The notes under the pieces: generated by a model
Told to the model about the DNA's origin: nothing
Database searches by the model: none
What the model saw: only the letters and a program-made list of their open reading frames with translations
Assembly (NCBI GenBank): GCA_043381765.1
Contig: JBHJMP010000873.1
Span: forward strand, 1 to 37,155
Length of the DNA stretch: 37,155 nucleotides
Direction of reading: 5' to 3'
Origin: Collodictyon triciliatum
Taxonomy: Eukaryota
Translations under genes and position numbers: made by a program
Part shown: positions 35,901-37,155 of the stretch, piece by piece
How the letters are laid out: each line of letters begins with the position of its first letter
Position numbering within the stretch: the stretch's first letter is position 1

Positions 35901-37014
35901 TGGCTGTGTATGGACCCAAAGGAACTGGTTTGTTTCTTTCTATTTGAGTTTTGGAAGGAGAGAAAATTATTTTCTATACTTCAGAAGAAATTGTGTGATG
36001 AACCCGAGGTAATATATCTCTCATTAGATTAAAATAGAAAATGTAGAGAGGAAAGAAAAAGAAAGAAAGCTCGGGCAAAGGTATGTAAAATTCACAAATA
36101 AGTTGTTTTCTCTGCGCTGCTATTGCATAACAAGGCATCCTAAAAGATTAGTGACTTAAAAATAAGCACCTGGAACTGCAGCGATTGCCAGGTCAAAGAA
36201 CCCTCTGTGTCCGATACGATGCGGTTGTAAAGTCTTGGTGGACAACCAAAAGACATAGCACCAAGAATCTCCAATGAGCTCCACGAGGATTCCCTTTCCA
36301 CCAATACCTCCATCTTCGTCTCCTGAAGTCCAGTGTGGGCCTCTCGTGACGTGAAATCCAGGGAGGAAATTCGTTTTAGTGACAACGATTGGCTCACCTT
36401 GAAAAAAAACACATTAATAATGGTGTAATATCCAATACTAGAGGCAATACTGTAAAAATATGTGTGCTACAGGCATCTATGGACAGAATAAATAGTGTTA
36501 TATGAGGGTGGAAATGAGCCTGAAAATTATTGTAATTTGAAGCATTCTTAGTGGAAATGATAGATACAGGAACCGAACCTTTTGCAACGTATAGCTCAGA
36601 TCTCTGTAAAGATGCTGAATGTGTGTAGACGTTGTCTGGGTCGTGATCCCACAGAACAGCCCAATAATCTGTGGCAACACATTCTAGAACTGTGCCGATA
36701 AATACTTCATCCTTGGTTTGTTTCTCGATGGTCCAATCTGGTCCACAAGCAACTCGCAGTCCGGGAATTACATCGCTTGGTGTGACTGTGGTGATAGTGG
36801 GATTATAGTGTGTAGATGAAATTCATACGTCTTGTGTTTAACGTGAAGGTTCGGTATTGTCGCTACATGATTCATTTACGAACATGCCAAGGCACAAGGC
36901 CTATTTAATTGGCGCTTACTTCACCGAAGCGTTGTAAACAGATAGATAGTGAAAAGAGTCAATACTTGACGCACAGGTTCCAACACAAACAAATTGTAAT
37001 TCTCTTTCGTTTCT
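32915..37014 (-). CDS. Tandem MIB/HERC2-repeat protein with a C-terminal TKL-type kinase domain (partial: 5' end beyond the window, 3' end in the gap)
   Basis: Repeats PGLRVACGPDW, PGFHVTRGPHWTSGDEDGGIGGKG..W..HRIGHRGFFDL, PGLPVVRGPNWEFGD, PGVRVKKGPDF..VKWDWG..YR..DL. Kinase motifs CTGTMG, HIAK, ISEANKI, KHPFLL, YEYMESGSI, LHANGIIHRNITSNNIL, ISDY|G, YMAPEL across GT..AG introns. Confidence 0.88.
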
Positions 37015-37037
37015 CTAGCCATATGTTGACCATCATC

Positions 37038-37092
37038 GTTTTTTGTTTTTTTGTTTTTTTGTTTTTGTTTTTTTTGTTTTTTTGTTTTTTTT

Positions 37093-37155
<63 letters not shown>
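37038..37155. repeat. (GTTTTTT)n and poly-T tract at the window end
   Basis: Low-complexity T run, probably intronic or a contig end. Confidence 0.9.

Overview
Intron-rich, AT-rich nuclear DNA from a microbial eukaryote that is probably flagellated; it is not prokaryotic. Hand splicing gives about nine genes. (1) An ABCG half-transporter (-) whose first transporter exon has no start codon and splices in frame onto two upstream exons encoding a degenerate LOV/PAS domain that lacks the photoactive Cys. (2) An EF-hand-containing TEX49/SPMIP11-like ciliary protein (+). (3) A C12orf56/DUF4551-like protein (-). (4) A 5'-unresolved RI-type LRR gene (-). (5) A GC-rich Ala/Pro/Thr repeat plus coiled-coil gene (-). 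(6) A FAM166/CIMIP2-like PYG-repeat protein (-). (7) A ~38-exon soluble adenylyl cyclase (ADCY10)-like cyclase-STAND-TPR gene (+) with all four core catalytic residues substituted. (8) A small two-TM protein (+). (9) A partial gene with tandem MIB/HERC2 repeats and an HRN-type TKL kinase (-). Several microsatellites and a 484-N gap are also present. The best candidates for novelty are the LOV-ABCG fusion and the pseudo-cyclase. All gene models were spliced by eye and family calls come from remembered motifs, not database searches.
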